DNA of 64,000 nt from Harriotta raleighana (lineage: Eukaryota), in assembly GCA_050575255.1 (NCBI GenBank), contig JBNZDD010013670.1, positions 1,890,562-1,954,561 of the forward strand, in the 5' to 3' direction. A program made the position numbers and the translations under genes. Below are positions 10,124 through 23,509 of this stretch, piece after piece (positions within the stretch are counted from its first letter, which is position 1; each line of letters starts with the position of its first letter). Under the pieces are notes generated by a model. That model was given only the letters and a program-made list of their open reading frames with translations, did not search any database and was not told where the DNA came from.

Positions 10124-12190
10124 ACAACAACAACAAACAACAAAATTATATTTATAGAGTGCCTTTCACGTCTGGAGAACGTCCCAAGGTGCTGAACAGT
10201 CAGGTCAGGACCCGAGCAAGGGAGAGGGGCAGGATAGCGGAGAGGGACAGGGGAGAGTTAGGATGGAAGGGAGAGTGTTGGGANGGTGCTGAACAGTCAG
10301 GTCAGGACCCGAGCAAGGGAGAGGGGCAGGATAGGGGAGAGTTAGGATGGAAGGGAGAGAGTTGGGAGGGCAGCAGAAGGCATGGTCAAAGAGGAGGGTC
10401 TTGAGACCGGCCTTGAAGGAGGCGAGGGAGAGGTAGGGGATGAGCAAAGCTGTGAATAGCTTTGAAGGTGAGGACGAGGATCTTGAATTTGATCCTCTAG
10501 GGGATGGGGAGCCAATGGAGCTGGGCGATGGTGGGGGTGATGTGGTTGCAGAGCTTGGTGCATATGAGGACACGAGCTGCAGAGTTCTGGATGATCTGCA
10601 GCTTGTGAAGGAAAGAACCAGGAAGACCGATGACAAGGGAGTTTCCATAGTTGAGCCTTGATGTGATGATGTGATGCGTGGATAAGGCTTTTGGCAGTCT
10701 GAGGGGTGTGACTGTGGCGGAGTCTTGCAATGTTGTGAAAGTGGTGGAAAGCAGGACTGGTCATAGCATGGACGTGGGGGAGATAAGACAGTTCAGGGTA
10801 GAATAAGATGCCCAGGTTCCTGCCTGGCTTAGAGCGGTGAAAAGTGCTGATGGTGTCAGCATCTGAGGTTTGGAAGCACTGACACAAACCAATCAGGAGG
10901 GCCTCAGTCTTGCGGACATTCAACTGGAAAAAGTTGTTTTTCGTCCAGGACTCAATGTCAGACAGGCAGGCAGTCAGGACACTGGTAGTCCTGGAATCAA
11001 GGGTGGAAGTGGAAAGATAGAGTTTGGTGTCATCCGCATACATTTGGAAATTTACCCCATGTCTACGGATAATGACAATGAGTGGGAGCATGTAGAGTGT
11101 GAAGAGGAGGGGACCAAGAACAGAGCCCTGAGGAACACCACACAAGACAGTGCGGGGGCTGGAGGAAAAGCCATTGGCGGACACAAAGTGGAGGCTGTGT
11201 GAAAGGTAGGACCGGAACCACTTGAAGGTTGAACGTGGGAGGAGAGGTGGTGGAGGAGGATTGTGTGATCCATGGTATTGAACGCAATGGATAGATCANA
11301 GGAAAAGCCATTGGCGGACACAAAGTGGAGGCTGTGTGAAAGGTAGGACCGGAACAACTTGAAGGTTGAACGTGGGAGGAGAGGTGGTGGAGGAGGATTG
11401 TGTGATCCATGGTATCGAACGCAATGGATAGATCGAGGAAGACGAGGAGGCAGAGGGAGCCCTGGTCACAGATGGTCAAGATATGATTAGTGAACTTGAC
11501 CAGACCAGTTTCTGTACGTTGGCAGCGCGGAAACCTGATTGGAGGGGCTTGTGGAGGGAGTGGCATGAGAGAAAGGAGAAAAGCTGGGAGGCAACGACTC
11601 TTTCAAGCACATTTGACAGAAAGGTGAGGTTGGAGATGGGCCGGTAGATTGAGAGCTGCGACGCATCCAGGCAAGGTTTCTTAAGGATGGAGATTATGGT
11701 GGCTATTTTGGTTGGGGTTGGAGTGATGCCGGATGAAAGGGACAGGTTGAGTAGGTCAGAAAGTAGTGGGGCAAGGAGGTATAACTGGGAGGTAAGGAGA
11801 GGGGTGGGAATGGTGTCCAGTGAGCAGGTGGTGGGCTTCATGGAGGTTATCGTGGTGATGACAGAGGATGGGGATACAGGTTCGAAGGTGTGGAATGAGG
11901 GTGGGTAGGAGTTGGAGTGTATAGGGGGAGGTGCGGAGGGGCTGGAAATCGGAAGGGCGGTGACAGCTCAGCGGATTCCCTCGATTTTGGACTCAAGGAA
12001 ATCCAACATGTCCTCACAGTGGGAGCTGGAGGAGAAAATCTGTGATGTGAGGTGGGGAGGGCGGAGGAGCTGGTTGGTTGTGGAGAATAGGAGTTTGGGG
12101 TTGTCTCCAGGATTATCCTGGAGTAGAAGTGTGATTTAGCGGAGGTAAGAGCAGAGAGATAGGTTTTGATTTGGTCCAGCCAGATGTGCC
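10124..12190 (-). mobile_element. 5'-truncated, frameshifted L2 LINE (RT domain plus 3' tail)
   Basis: Minus-strand ORF pieces [58 protein letters not shown]. (AAC)n tail at 10124-10143. Confidence 0.95.
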
Positions 12191-13051
12191 GTTATACCAT
12201 TAGAACACATTTGAGTTGAAATATAATAGTTAAATCATGCGAAAGGTGTAAAAGCAATGCTTGCATTTGATATAGTGCTTTGTCAGGTCATCAAGATGTT
12301 TCAAAACACTTCACAGAATATACTGAATTGACTATATATTTTGTGGGCAAAATAATGTTAGTTAAAGGGTTAAAGGTAGTTAAAGGATGGAAGGTATTGG
12401 TATGATATTAATACACTTGCAAACAGTTGCTTTAGGATCACGATTACCATCACTGTCACAGTTTTCACTGATGGTACTTTGTGCATTTTAGGAGTGATTC
12501 TGTGATCATAGAGAAATGTAGTGACCTTTCGGGCTGGAATTATCCCATGAGTACTTTTGGATATCATTGTAAACCACAAGAATGAAACAATTTATATCCA
12601 TTTCCAGGACACTAAGAAGAAATCACTTCCATAAATCTGTTATTTTGATTTTTAAAAAAATAATATTTATGTTGGGGGAATTTTACTTCATTTTTACCCT
12701 GTGTGTTATTATTGACAATGATGGTCAGATTGGGGGGTGGGAGCTGGCGGGGTGGCCGGAGAATACGAGTTCCCATTGTCTGACCTTGTCATTAGGATCC
12801 TCTTTGTTTTGATGAATAATAACATTCTCAGTGAAGGATTAAGGTTGAAGTTTCTGTCATTATTATTTCTAGTACCGTATTACGAAAATGGTTTTCAATC
12901 TTGAGTTCATTATTTAGGTATAAGAGAGATGATATATAGCTTAGTACATAAACTATATGGAAGAAATTCCACCTGAGTCTATATGGAATATATTAATATA
13001 ACATTTCAGAAAAAATGGAATTTGGCAAATTCTAAAAGCAGCCTTAATTTT

Positions 13052-13155
13052 GAAACAGAAACAAATCGCTGGGAAAACTCAGTGAATCAGGCAGCATCTT
13101 TGAAAAAAGGAAAGTGAGTTAATATTTCAGGCCTACAACCCTTCGCCAGAATGGT
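13052..13155 (-). mobile_element. Penelope-like element terminal-repeat remnant with degenerate hammerhead core
   Basis: gctgggaaaactcagtgaatcaggcagcatct...gagttaatatttcaggcctacaacccttcgccaga resembles the common chondrichthyan Penelope repeat. Minus strand reads CTGGCGA-AGGG-ttgtag-GCCT-GAAA. Confidence 0.65.
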
Positions 13156-13309
13156 TGATTTTGAAACTGGTTTTCTAAGAATTTATTTTATAAACTACAT
13201 ACCCATTTTTACTTCTTCAAGTGTGTCCTCATTTATGTTCCCTTCTTCTGTCAGCCTGGTTCAGTTGGCAGCACTATTGCTTTCCCTTATACTGTACACA
13301 CACTTGTCA

Positions 13310-13760
13310 CCTCTAGGCTTGACTACAGCAACTCCCTACTTGTCGGCCCAATTCTTCTTTCCACAAGCTGCAGATCATCCAAAATTCTGCAGCTCGTATC
13401 CTCTACTGCACCAGGCTCCGTGACCCCATCACCTGCACCCTTGCCCAGCTCCACTGGCTCCCATTCCTCAGAGGATTGAATTCAAGATCCTTGTCCTCAC
13501 TTTCAAGGTCCTCCATGGAATTACCCCCTCCTACCTCCCTGATCTGCTGACCCTCTATCAACCTGTCCGCTCCCTCCATTCGACATGCATCGGCCTGTGC
13601 TACCATCGGTGACTGGGCTTTCAGCCTCTCTGCCCCTATACTTTGGAACTCCATCCCACAATCCCTTCGCCTTGCTCCCTCCCTCGCCTCCTTCAAGACC
13701 AGTCTCAAGAGCCTCCTCTTTGAACGTGCAGTCACCCTCCTACCAATTTGGAGCCCAAAG
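13310..13760 (+). mobile_element. L2 LINE 3' fragment (repeated at 14637-15087)
   Basis: aggcttgactacagcaactcc...cagctccactggctccc...ttcaagatccttgtcctcac encodes the SRLDY.N and LHWLP motifs of L2 ORF2. Confidence 0.9.
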
Positions 13761-15962
13761 AGTTCAGTGGGGAAGGTTTGTCCACGGAAATAACTCACAA
13801 TCCCTTGTGGAACACGATTCATTCTAATTCAGTTTAAGGGGATGAGCAGGCCTTTACCTCACCCATTAAATTTATTTATAAATCTTAGAGGAGAGAGCCA
13901 ATACATTTGTTTGTTGGTGGTATGAGTCAAATCTGGTCTCTCCAGTCAACTAGAAATTAAACAACTGTTACAATCTCTTTAAGATACTAATTTTTGCTTT
14001 GAAAAGTGGAAACCATGTAATTTCTCATTTCAGGAACATGGTGCACCTAATTTAATAAGGTGGCAGTGTTTTACAACTGGAACACATTTGGAAATAGTGA
14101 TGGGTCCATATTACTATAAATATGTAATAACAATCGTAATCCTTGTATTTGATATGGAGGATGTCTCAAAAGCACTTCAAAAAATTAACTGGAGTGTGAT
14201 GATTCGATATTCTGTAGTGAGATGCAGTAGCTAATAACTCACAGCAATGTACCCTGCTATTACAAATGATAACTGTTTTTTTCTTTATTAGCTAACTGGA
14301 AATGAACCCTGAGTTTTTTATGTCTCTGCTAACATAAACTTGGTAAAGTGACAGCAATGAACTTTAGTTTTGCTTCGCCAATTTTAACTGATTAGAAGTG
14401 TTGAAGACTCAATTTACAGCTATAAAATACGTATTCCTCCACTGATTTCATCAAACAAATTATTCTATCATGGGAAGTAGAGGTTTGATGCTAATAGAAA
14501 ATATTATGATTGTTGATATTAACCATGTTATCATATTTCTATATAATTCAGTGTGCTTTGCATACAAACTCCTGAGCTAGAGTTGAGATGATATTGAATG
14601 GTATTTAATCTTGGGCACTTCATCACTGTAATGGTNCCTCTAGGCTTGACTACAGCAACTCCCTACTTGTCGGCCCAATTCTTCTTTCCACAAGCTGCAG
14701 ATCATCCAAAATTCTGCAGCTCGTATCCTCTACTGCACCAGGCTCCGTGACCCCATCACCTGCACCCTTGCCCAGCTCCACTGGCTCCCATTCCTCAGAG
14801 GATTGAATTCAAGATCCTTGTCCTCACTTTCAAGGTCCTCCATGGAATTACCCCCTCCTACCTCCCTGATCTGCTGACCCTCTATCAACCTGTCCGCTCC
14901 CTCCATTCGACATGCATCGGCCTGTGCTACCATCGGTGACTGGGCTTTCAGCCTCTCTGCCCCTATACTTTGGAACTCCATCCCACAATCCCTTCGCCTT
15001 GCTCCCCCCCTCGCCTCCTTCAAGACCAGTCTCAAGAGCCTCCTCTTTGAACGTGCAGTCACCCTCCTACCAATTTGGAGCCCAAAGAGTTCAGTGGGGA
15101 AGGTTTGTCCACGGAAATAACTCACAATCCCTTGTGGAACACGATTCATTCTAATTCAGTTTAAGGGGATGAGCAGGCCTTTACCTCACCCATTAAATTT
15201 ATTTATAAATCTTAGAGGAGAGAGCCAATACATTTGTTTGTTGGTGGTATGAGTCAAATCTGGTCTCTCCAGTCAACTAGAAATTAAACAACTGTTACAA
15301 TCTCTTTAAGATAATAATTTTTGCTTTGAAAAGTGGAAACCATGTAATTTCTCATTTCAGGAACATGGTGCACCTAATTTAATAAGGTGGCAGTGTTTTA
15401 CAACTGGAACACATTTGGAAATAGTGATGGGTCCATATTACTATAAATATGTAATAACAATCGTAATCCTTGTATTTGATATGGAGGATGTCTCAAAAGC
15501 ACTTCAAAAAATTAACTGGAGTGTGATGATTCGATATTCTGTAGTGAGATGCAGTAGCTAATAACTCACAGCAATGTACCCTGCTATTACAAATGATAAC
15601 TGTTTTTTTCTTTATTAGCTAACTGGAAATGAACCCTGAGTTTTTTATGTCTCTGCTAACATAAACTTGGTAAAGTGACAGCAATGAACTTTAGTTTTGC
15701 TTCGCCAATTTTAACTGATTAGAAGTGTTGAAGACTCAATTTACAGCTATAAAATACGTATTCCTCCACTGATTTCATCAAACAAATTATTCTATCATGG
15801 GAAGTAGAGGTTTGATGCTAATAGAAAATATTATGATTGTTGATATTAACCATGTTATCATATTTCTATATAATTCAGTGTGCTTTGCATACAAACTCCT
15901 GAGCTAGAGTTGAGATGATATTGAATGGTATTTAATCTTGGGCACTTCATCACTGTAATGGT
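13310..15962. repeat. 1327-bp tandem duplication joined by one N (probable assembly artefact)
   Basis: 13310-14635 matches 14637-15962, with N at 14636. I saw only two substitutions (ctccctccc/ctccccccc and gatactaat/gataataat). Confidence 0.95.
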
Positions 15963-18461
15963 TCCTGCTATCTTCCCGTTATTGCTTTTGAAAGTACTCA
16001 GCAATGAAAATATTGCAGAGATTACAGGACTAGTTTCTCAGAAAGGTCATGACTTTGTAGAAAAGGGGATTCTACAAATCCCCTTGCAGAATTCTGCACC
16101 TAAGGGTAATTAAAACAAGTTCCACATAAGCTTGGCCACTATTTGGGTGCAGTGAGCATACATTTATAATTTTTCTCTTCCTTGACTCTCAGCAGTCTAC
16201 AAATGTGAACCTAATCCTTTATATGAGTTTGTTTCTTTTGTATGCAGTATCATTTTTTCTTTATGCTGAAATGTTCAGCATTTCAAACCTCTTTGATAGT
16301 CCAATGACCTGTTTACATTTGTATAGCGCCTTTCCTCCCGATGTGAAAGGCATGCTATAAATGTAACTTTGTTGTTGTTGTTCACGTTGGGAGAATGCCC
16401 CAAGGCGTCCTCCCAACCATTTGATCCACTTTGTCTTAACCATTTTGACTTAATACTTACCGTATTTGAGAATTGTGGAAAATATTCTTAAATTGAGTCT
16501 TCGAGCTTGTGTTTTCATATAAGCTATCCAACTTAACCTTGAATTTTAGGATTTTCCACAAATCTTCACCATCTTAAATTTTGTCGTAATGCCTCGGTGT
16601 AATTTGGGGTCACAAATGTGAAGTGGTCGTCTAATGAATGTTATTTAACCATAGACCTCTGTATTACAGCCTTTTGCCCCAACCTTGTGAGTCAGCAAGT
16701 AGCGATCATCGATTTAAGATAGTTAGAAAATAATGCTCGGATGAGAAGATGGTGGAATGGGTGTTATGGAACAAAGAGATCAAATGGGTCAAATGGCCTT
16801 CTTTGTGTGTATCTTTCTTGTGATCTTCTGAAATATTCCATTCAGTTTCTGTTTTCAGATGGGAAATAGAAATCAGTCTATCATTAAGAGATTGCATTTT
16901 CCCTTTTTCTCAATCTGGTTAGAATATCAGTTTATGGCACCAATATGTTTCAAATCCACCTGGGTTCAGTTTTCTGCAGCAACGTAGAGCTTTGACAATT
17001 TGTTGAATTCAGTCCTAACTTTGAAGGTGTTCTTCTGAAGTTTTGAAAAGAACTTCCAAAAAACCTATTAGACTGTGTTTAAATACTGTATACAGCAAAT
17101 CCAGGATGCTTTGAAATGTTAAGCACTTCCACATGCAGGTGAAATTTTTGTCCCCATATATTTCTGAGACCCTATTTTTAACCATATAATTTTTTGTTCA
17201 ATCAATGAATGCTGCCTTTGTACCACCCCTGCTTTCATTTGATTTGCAGCATGTGTATTTCAATCTCTAGGATAAATTATTCATAATTTTTTGTAATTCT
17301 AATCTTCTCATTATCTCTTAGAATGTGATCAAATCATCAGCAGTAGCATTTAGTAATTAGTCAAAATATTTTTCCATTGCCTTTTGATGCTTTATCTTCT
17401 ACCATTTCTCAGTATTTTGGTCACTAGTATATTTCATATATGCGTTAGTCTGTCACAGTTCCTGAGTCATGTCATTTCGCTGTGGAACTAATTATCAGAC
17501 AAAAAACAATAGAGTAAAATAACACGGACCAAAATCAAAATAACCAATGACAAATGTAGGCCTGTATGTGACATATAAATCAAGCTAAAAATAAATTTAT
17601 TAACTCTAATTTAAAAATATACTCCGGAGATGAAAAGAAACTGTCAAAGAGACACAATTACACATGAGCGAGGAGCAAAATGAAAGGGTTGAAGACTGAA
17701 AGGATATGAAAAGAAGCAAAGGAATCCTCGTAATGATAGGAATTCAGATGACTACAACATAAAATAATTTGAAACTTCACTAAAGTTATTTCAACAGCAG
17801 ATTCACCACACTTCAAAGTAACTTGTTGTGTGAAGTGCCTCATGACGTCAGTCACTGCACTTCAAAGTGACTCATTGTGCAAAAAACTTTGAGACTTTTT
17901 GTATGTGATAAGATGCTATGCTATCAAATGGAACTGATCATTACTTCTTAGAACCTTTAGCATTCTTATTTCCTGAGGGCAAAGGATCAGAAGATTGAGA
18001 GAGACCTAATAGAGGTTTATAAGATTATAAATTATGATTTTCTAGAATGCTAATATTGAAACGTATATGCAATAACATTTGAGGTGTTGTTTTGCTAATT
18101 TAACCAGAGGATTTGTCAGGTGCACCAAGTATTCTAGAGATAACTAAAGTAATCTAATGGTGTTTTGAATATACTGTAAATATATTCATCCGATTCAATA
18201 CGCACAGGCTAGAGTAATTAGAGCAAAAGTGAATTGTAGCACTTAACTTTCATTCAGAAATCTTTCTTCTCTTACTAAAGTTGTATCTGAGTTCTTAGTT
18301 ATGTGACATATTCTTTAACTACTACTACCATCCCAGCTTTGGTGGCCAGTCATCTGCGTTAAACAAACACTTTGAGACGTCTTTCCAATGTAAACATCAC
18401 TACTGTATATGGATGTAAATTGTGTTGTGTAGAAAATTCATTTAACATGTTTTGCCATTTG

Positions 18462-21260
18462 AATCATAGAATCGTACAATTTTACAGCACAAAAGGAGGC
18501 CATTCGGCCCATCTAGTCTGTGCCGGCTCTTTGTAAAGAGCAACTCAATCCCACTGCCCAGCTTTCTCCCCATAACCTAACAGACCTGCTCTTCCTAAAT
18601 AAAAATCTAGTTCCCTTTTATAAGCTGTTATGGAATCTGCCTCCACCACCTTTTCGGGCAATGCATTCCAGATTCAAACAACCCGCTGAGTGAAAAAATT
18701 TCTCCTCAGCTCCCCTCTGCTTCGTTTTGAAACAATTTTAAATCTGTGACCACGAGTCACTGATTCACCCACCAATGGAAAAAGTCTTTCCCTATTCACC
18801 CTGTCGAAACTTTCATAACTTATAAACCTCTATTAGATCTCCTCTCAATCTCCTCTGTACCCTTTCTAGTGCCTTAATATCCTTCCTAATGTGTGGTGAC
18901 CAGAATTGTACACAGTACTTCAGCTGAGGCCTAACCAAAATTTTATAGAGGTTAGTCAGCACTTCCTGACTTTTATACTCTATATCCCTATTTATAAAGC
19001 CTAGTATCCTATATGCCTTCTTAACGGCTTTGACTACCTGTCCTGCCACCTTCAAAGAGTCACTAACACAAATCCCCACGTCTCTTTGTTCCTTCACACC
19101 CCTTAAAATTGTACTATCTGGCCTAAATTGTCTCCTCACACTTCTCTGTATTAAACTTCATCTGCCATGTGTCTGCCCGCTTTACCATTTTATCTAGATC
19201 CTCTTGCAGATGGCTACTATCCTCCTCACTATTTATTATTCTCCCTAATAGTATCATCAGCAAATTTGTAACCCGTACTCCCTATATCCAAATCCAAATT
19301 ATTAATGTATATTAAAAAGAGCAGTGGTCCCAAAACTATCCCTGGGGACATCACTGCACACTTCCCTCCAGTCTGAAAAGCAGCCGCTCACCATAACTCT
19401 GCTTTCTTTCTCGCAGTCAGTTGTGGATCCACGCTACCACTGTCCCTTTAATGCCATTTGCCTCTATTTTCCTAATAAGCCTCTCATGTGCTACTTTTTC
19501 AAATGCCTTTTGAAAGTCCATGTAATCTACATCAACTGTGCTGCCCTCATCCACCCATTCTGTTACTTCGTTGAAAATTCTATCAAATTTATAAGATTTG
19601 CCTTTAACAAATCCATGCTGGCTGTCCTTTATTAGCCCATAACTTGCTTAGTGAAGATCTATCTTGTCCCTGATTATAGACTCTAGAAGTTTGACCACTA
19701 CTTTCGTTAGACTGACTGGCCTGTAGTTCCCAAGATTGTCCTTCTGCCCCTTTTTGTACAGGGGAGTAACATTAACAACCCTCTAGTCCTTGGTCCCTTA
19801 TTGGCCCCACCCTACCCTTGAACAATCTTTTATCCTTAATATGTTTGTAAAATACCTTAGGATTCCCTTTAATATTACCTGCTAATTGTTTCTCATGCAT
19901 TCTTTTTGCCCCTCTAATTTCCTTTTTTAGTTCTCTCCTGCACATCCTATATTCCGATTGGTTGAATTCTGTATTCTGGGCCTGACACTTATCATAAACC
20001 TCCTTTGTTTGCTTTATTTTCACCCCAATTGCCCTCGTCATCCAGGGAGGTTTGGATGCCTTATATTTTACCTTTGTTGGAATGTTTTTAACCTGAGCCC
20101 GAACTATCTCTTCCTTGAAGACTGCCCACTGCTTGTTAGCCGTTTTACTTGCCAATCTTTCTTTCCAGTCCACCTTGGTTAGTTCCCGCTTTAGCTCACT
20201 GAAATTAGCCTTCTTTCAGTTGAATGTCTTCACCTTCGAGTGTTCCCTATCCCTTTCCATAATTACACTGAACCTAATGATATTGTGATCACTATTCCCT
20301 AGGTGCTCACCTATAGAAACCTGCTGTACTTGCCTCACCTCATTCACCAGAATGGAGGGAGGTAAGCAGTGGTGTGCCACAGGGATCGGTTTTGGGGCCA
20401 TTGCTCTTTGTAATCTACATCAATGATCTGGACTTGGGTGTAAAGAGTACAGTTTCCAAGTTTGCAGATGACACTAAGTTAGGGAGAATAGTAAATAGTG
20501 AGGAGGATAGTAACCATCTGCAAGAAGATATAGACAAATTGGTAAAGTGGGCAGACACATGGCAGATGAAGTTTAATGCAGAGAAGTGTGAGGTGATGCA
20601 TTTTGGGAGAAGANCTCAGCGAGTTGTTCGAATCTGGAATGCATTGCCTGAAAAGGTGGTGGAGGCTGATTCGATAACAACTTTTAAAAGGGAATTAGAT
20701 CTTTATTTAGGGAGAACAGGTCTATTAGGCTATGGGGAGCGAGCAGGGCAGTGGGATTAAATCGCTCTTTTCAAAGAGCCGGCACAGACTAGATGGGCCG
20801 AATGGCCTCCTTTTGTGCCGTAAACTTCTATGAATCTATGAAAACCAAAACTAGATCCAGAACTGCTTCCTTCCTTGTTGGACTGGAAACATATTGATCG
20901 AGAAAGTTGTCCTGTACACATTTTAGGAATTCTTCTCCCTTGCCCTTTACACTACTGTTCTGCCAGTTGATGTTGGGATAATTAAAGTCACCCAATATCA
21001 CTACTCTATTAGCTCTGCATCTTCCNGAAATCTGCTTGCAGATCTGCTCGTCTATCTCCTTTCCACTATTTGGTGGTCTATAGTATACCCCTAACAGTGT
21101 AACTGCTCCTTTTTTGTTCCTCAATTCCAACCAAATAGATTCGGTTTTCAGGCCTTCTTCCACCTCGATCCTTTCCAAGGCTGTAACCAAGTCCTTAATT
21201 AATAATGCCACCCCACCCTCCTTTTCTCCTTTCTCTATCCCTCCTGAATACATTATAGCC
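18462..21260 (-). mobile_element. CR1 LINE, endonuclease plus RT remnants, interrupted by a second CR1
   Basis: Minus-strand peptides GGVALLIK, GVYYRPPN, GDFNYPNINW, LDLVL, SDHNII, KGNPKVFYKHI, LVRPQLKYCVQFWSP. Tail gaatcatagaatc at the left end. Confidence 0.95.
20351..20843 (+). mobile_element. Younger 5'-truncated CR1 nested in opposite orientation
   Basis: [21 protein letters not shown]...KFADDTKLG...WQMKFNAEKC, sequence missing at N20614, then QRVVRIWNALP and a ttctatgaatctatga tail. Flanked by ACCAGAA/ACCAAAA. Confidence 0.95.
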
Positions 21261-21403
21261 ATTGTCTCAGTTGGTTTATCAATTAGTAGCTGAAACTTCC
21301 AAATCAGGACAATCTCAAGATTGACCCCTGCTTGGTGATGAGTTTGCTTATCTCAGCTGGTTCCGAATACATTTTTCAACATCATCGAACAGAAAGATAA
21401 TTT

Positions 21404-22078
21404 GAACAACAACAATATTACATTTATAGAGCGCATTTTGCATCGGGAGGACGTCCCAAGGCGTTGAACAATCAGGTAAGGATCTGAGCAAGGGAGAGCG
21501 GAGGCTAGGGGGGAGGGGAGGGAGAGTGTTAGATAGGAAGGTAGAGAGTTGGGAGGGCATCAGAAGAGACGGTTGAAGAGGAGGGTCTTGAGACCATCCT
21601 TGAAAGAAGCAAGGGAGGAAACGAGGCAAAGGGACTGTGGGATGGAATTCCAGAGTGTGGGGTCAGAGAGGCTGAAAGCCCGTCCACCAATGGTAGGGCG
21701 TGTTGGGCGGGGGACATGGAGCAGACTGGAGCCCGCTGAACGGAGAGGGCGGGCAAGTTCATAAGGGGAACCACAGGTTGGAGAGATAGGAGAGCACAAG
21801 GCTGTGAATGGCCTTGAAAGTGAGGACGAGGATCTTGAATTCGATCCTCTAGGGGATGGGGAGCCAATGGAGCCGGGCAATGGTGGGTGTGATGTGATTG
21901 CGGAGCTTGTTGCGGGAGATAACACAAGCTGTAGAGTTCTGGATTATCTGCAGCTTGTGAAGGGAAGAGCCGGGAAGGCCGACGAGGAGGGAGTTTCGAT
22001 TGTCAAGCCTTGATGTGATGAATGCATGGACAAGGGTTTCGGCAGCCTGAGGGGTGAGGCAGTGGCGAAGTCTGGCAG
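21404..22078 (-). mobile_element. L2 LINE 3' fragment
   Basis: (AAC)n tail. Minus-strand ORF RPLRSAGSSLLHVP...GGRAFS...LWNSIP...FKDGLKTLLF is the L2 ORF2 C-terminus. Confidence 0.93.
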
Positions 22079-22191
22079 AGTCAATCGACTGGGATTATTG
22101 ACCCTGAATAATATCTGGTGAAGATATGAATGCATGGACATCAGACCATAGCAGGATTGGGTGTGTTTGTAAACAGTGCAATATCCTAGGT

Positions 22192-22650
22192 GTCACTCTG
22201 GCTCAGTTGAGACACTTTTGCCTCTGTGTCAGTAAGTTGTGAGTTCAAGGAACTCATATTGTTTAGGCTGATATTCTGATTTAGGGAGTGCTAAGCGTGT
22301 GATGTATTGTCAGAAGGACCACCCTTCAAATAAGATGTTAGATTGAGGACTCTTTTGCTGTTAGGATAGACATTAAAGATCTCATGGCACTATTTGTTAA
22401 AGAGAAGGGAGTTTCTTCCTAAGTCCTGAGCAATATTCTTCCAATTGTTCATTCAATTTTCAGCTATTTATAGAACACTGCTGTGTGCAATTGGCTGTTG
22501 TGCTATACAAGTTTAATTTTGTTGATGTTGTGTTTACTTATAAAAACACAGTTGCTACACTTTACAGTAAAACCTGTGAAGTTTTTTGAGATGTTCTCTA
22601 GATGTGAAAAGCGTTATATGAAATGCAACAATGATTATTAATATTATTAT
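22192..22650 (+). mobile_element. Near full-length Deu-domain SINE
   Basis: tRNA-like head, Deu-like core (gtcagaagg...taagatgttagattgagg...attaaagatctcatggcactatttg...gagtttc), and tail aaagcgttatatgaaatgcaa...(ATT)n. Confidence 0.75.
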
Positions 22651-23197
22651 TCCTGGATAAGGTTTGTTGCCAAAGCTCACAGAGTAATAGGATGGCCTGA
22701 GGTAAAATATGATGTTCATTGAACTGTAAGCTAGTTGAAGGAAACTTGGTGAGAAACAAGAGGAAATTGAAAGTTTAGAAAATATTTGTTATCATGTATA
22801 ATGATAAACACAATCTTAATTCTGCTCAACGCTGGTCTCAATGACAAATTCTTAATGTGGTTGCGCACTGGTCTCAGTTACAAACTCCTGACACTTTGAT
22901 CCTGTTCAGTTTCTGTTTAGTGCTAAGATAAAAAATAATTTCCTGTTGCTGTGATCTCTACCGAAAACAAAAAGGAAATATTATCTGGGAACTTATCTAT
23001 TGATTATACATATTTGAATGCATATCAATAAATTTTATCAGTGTATTAAATTCTGGGATTCAGATACAATCAGTCTTGCCATTTATGATATGGTTTGAAG
23101 CATACAGCCGGGGCTTATCTGCTTTACTGCATCTATTATATTAGGTGTTGAAATATTGCTTTAATCCTCAAAAAGTGCTAACCTTGGTCAACAAGTT

Positions 23198-23496
23198 ATA
23201 ATAATAATAACCCTTGCATTTCTTCTGGCTGTCTGAAAGTGCTTCACAGAATATATTGTAAAGTGAATTGACTGTATACCGTATATGTGGGCGAAACGCG
23301 GCAGCCAGTTGCGCACATAACTGTCCCATAAACAGTCGTTGATTGAAATGATCAATTTATTATTTTTTTTGGAGGAATTATTATTAGGTAGTGGAGTCAG
23401 GAAACTTGCCCAAGGTTTTGCTGTGACCTGAGTGGATTCGCACACAGGTAGCATGCTTTTAAGGTGAGTGCTTGAACCGCTGACCTACAGGACTCT
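23198..23496 (-). mobile_element. tRNA-derived SINE
   Basis: (AAT)n tail, core gtgggcgaaacgcggcagcc, cttgcccaagg box, and head ending ctacaggactc. Confidence 0.85.
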
Positions 23497-23509
23497 ACAT
23501 TTGTTTTGC

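Noticed and set aside
10342-11184. 280-aa ORF as a functional reverse transcriptase gene
   Set aside because: It is a fragment of a frameshifted, 5'-truncated L2 copy. The same applies to the CR1 ORFs at 18.8-21.3 kb and the L2 ORFs at 62-63.6 kb.
16461-16572. Minus-strand exon ending at ACG|gtaagt (DGEDLWKILKFKVKLDSLYENTSSKTQFKNIFHNSQI)
   Set aside because: The donor is good, but the acceptor has no pyrimidine tract and I do not recognise the peptide.
20614-20614. Apparent internal deletion in the nested CR1
   Set aside because: It coincides with an N, so it is probably an assembly gap. N21026 looks like a plain ambiguous base.
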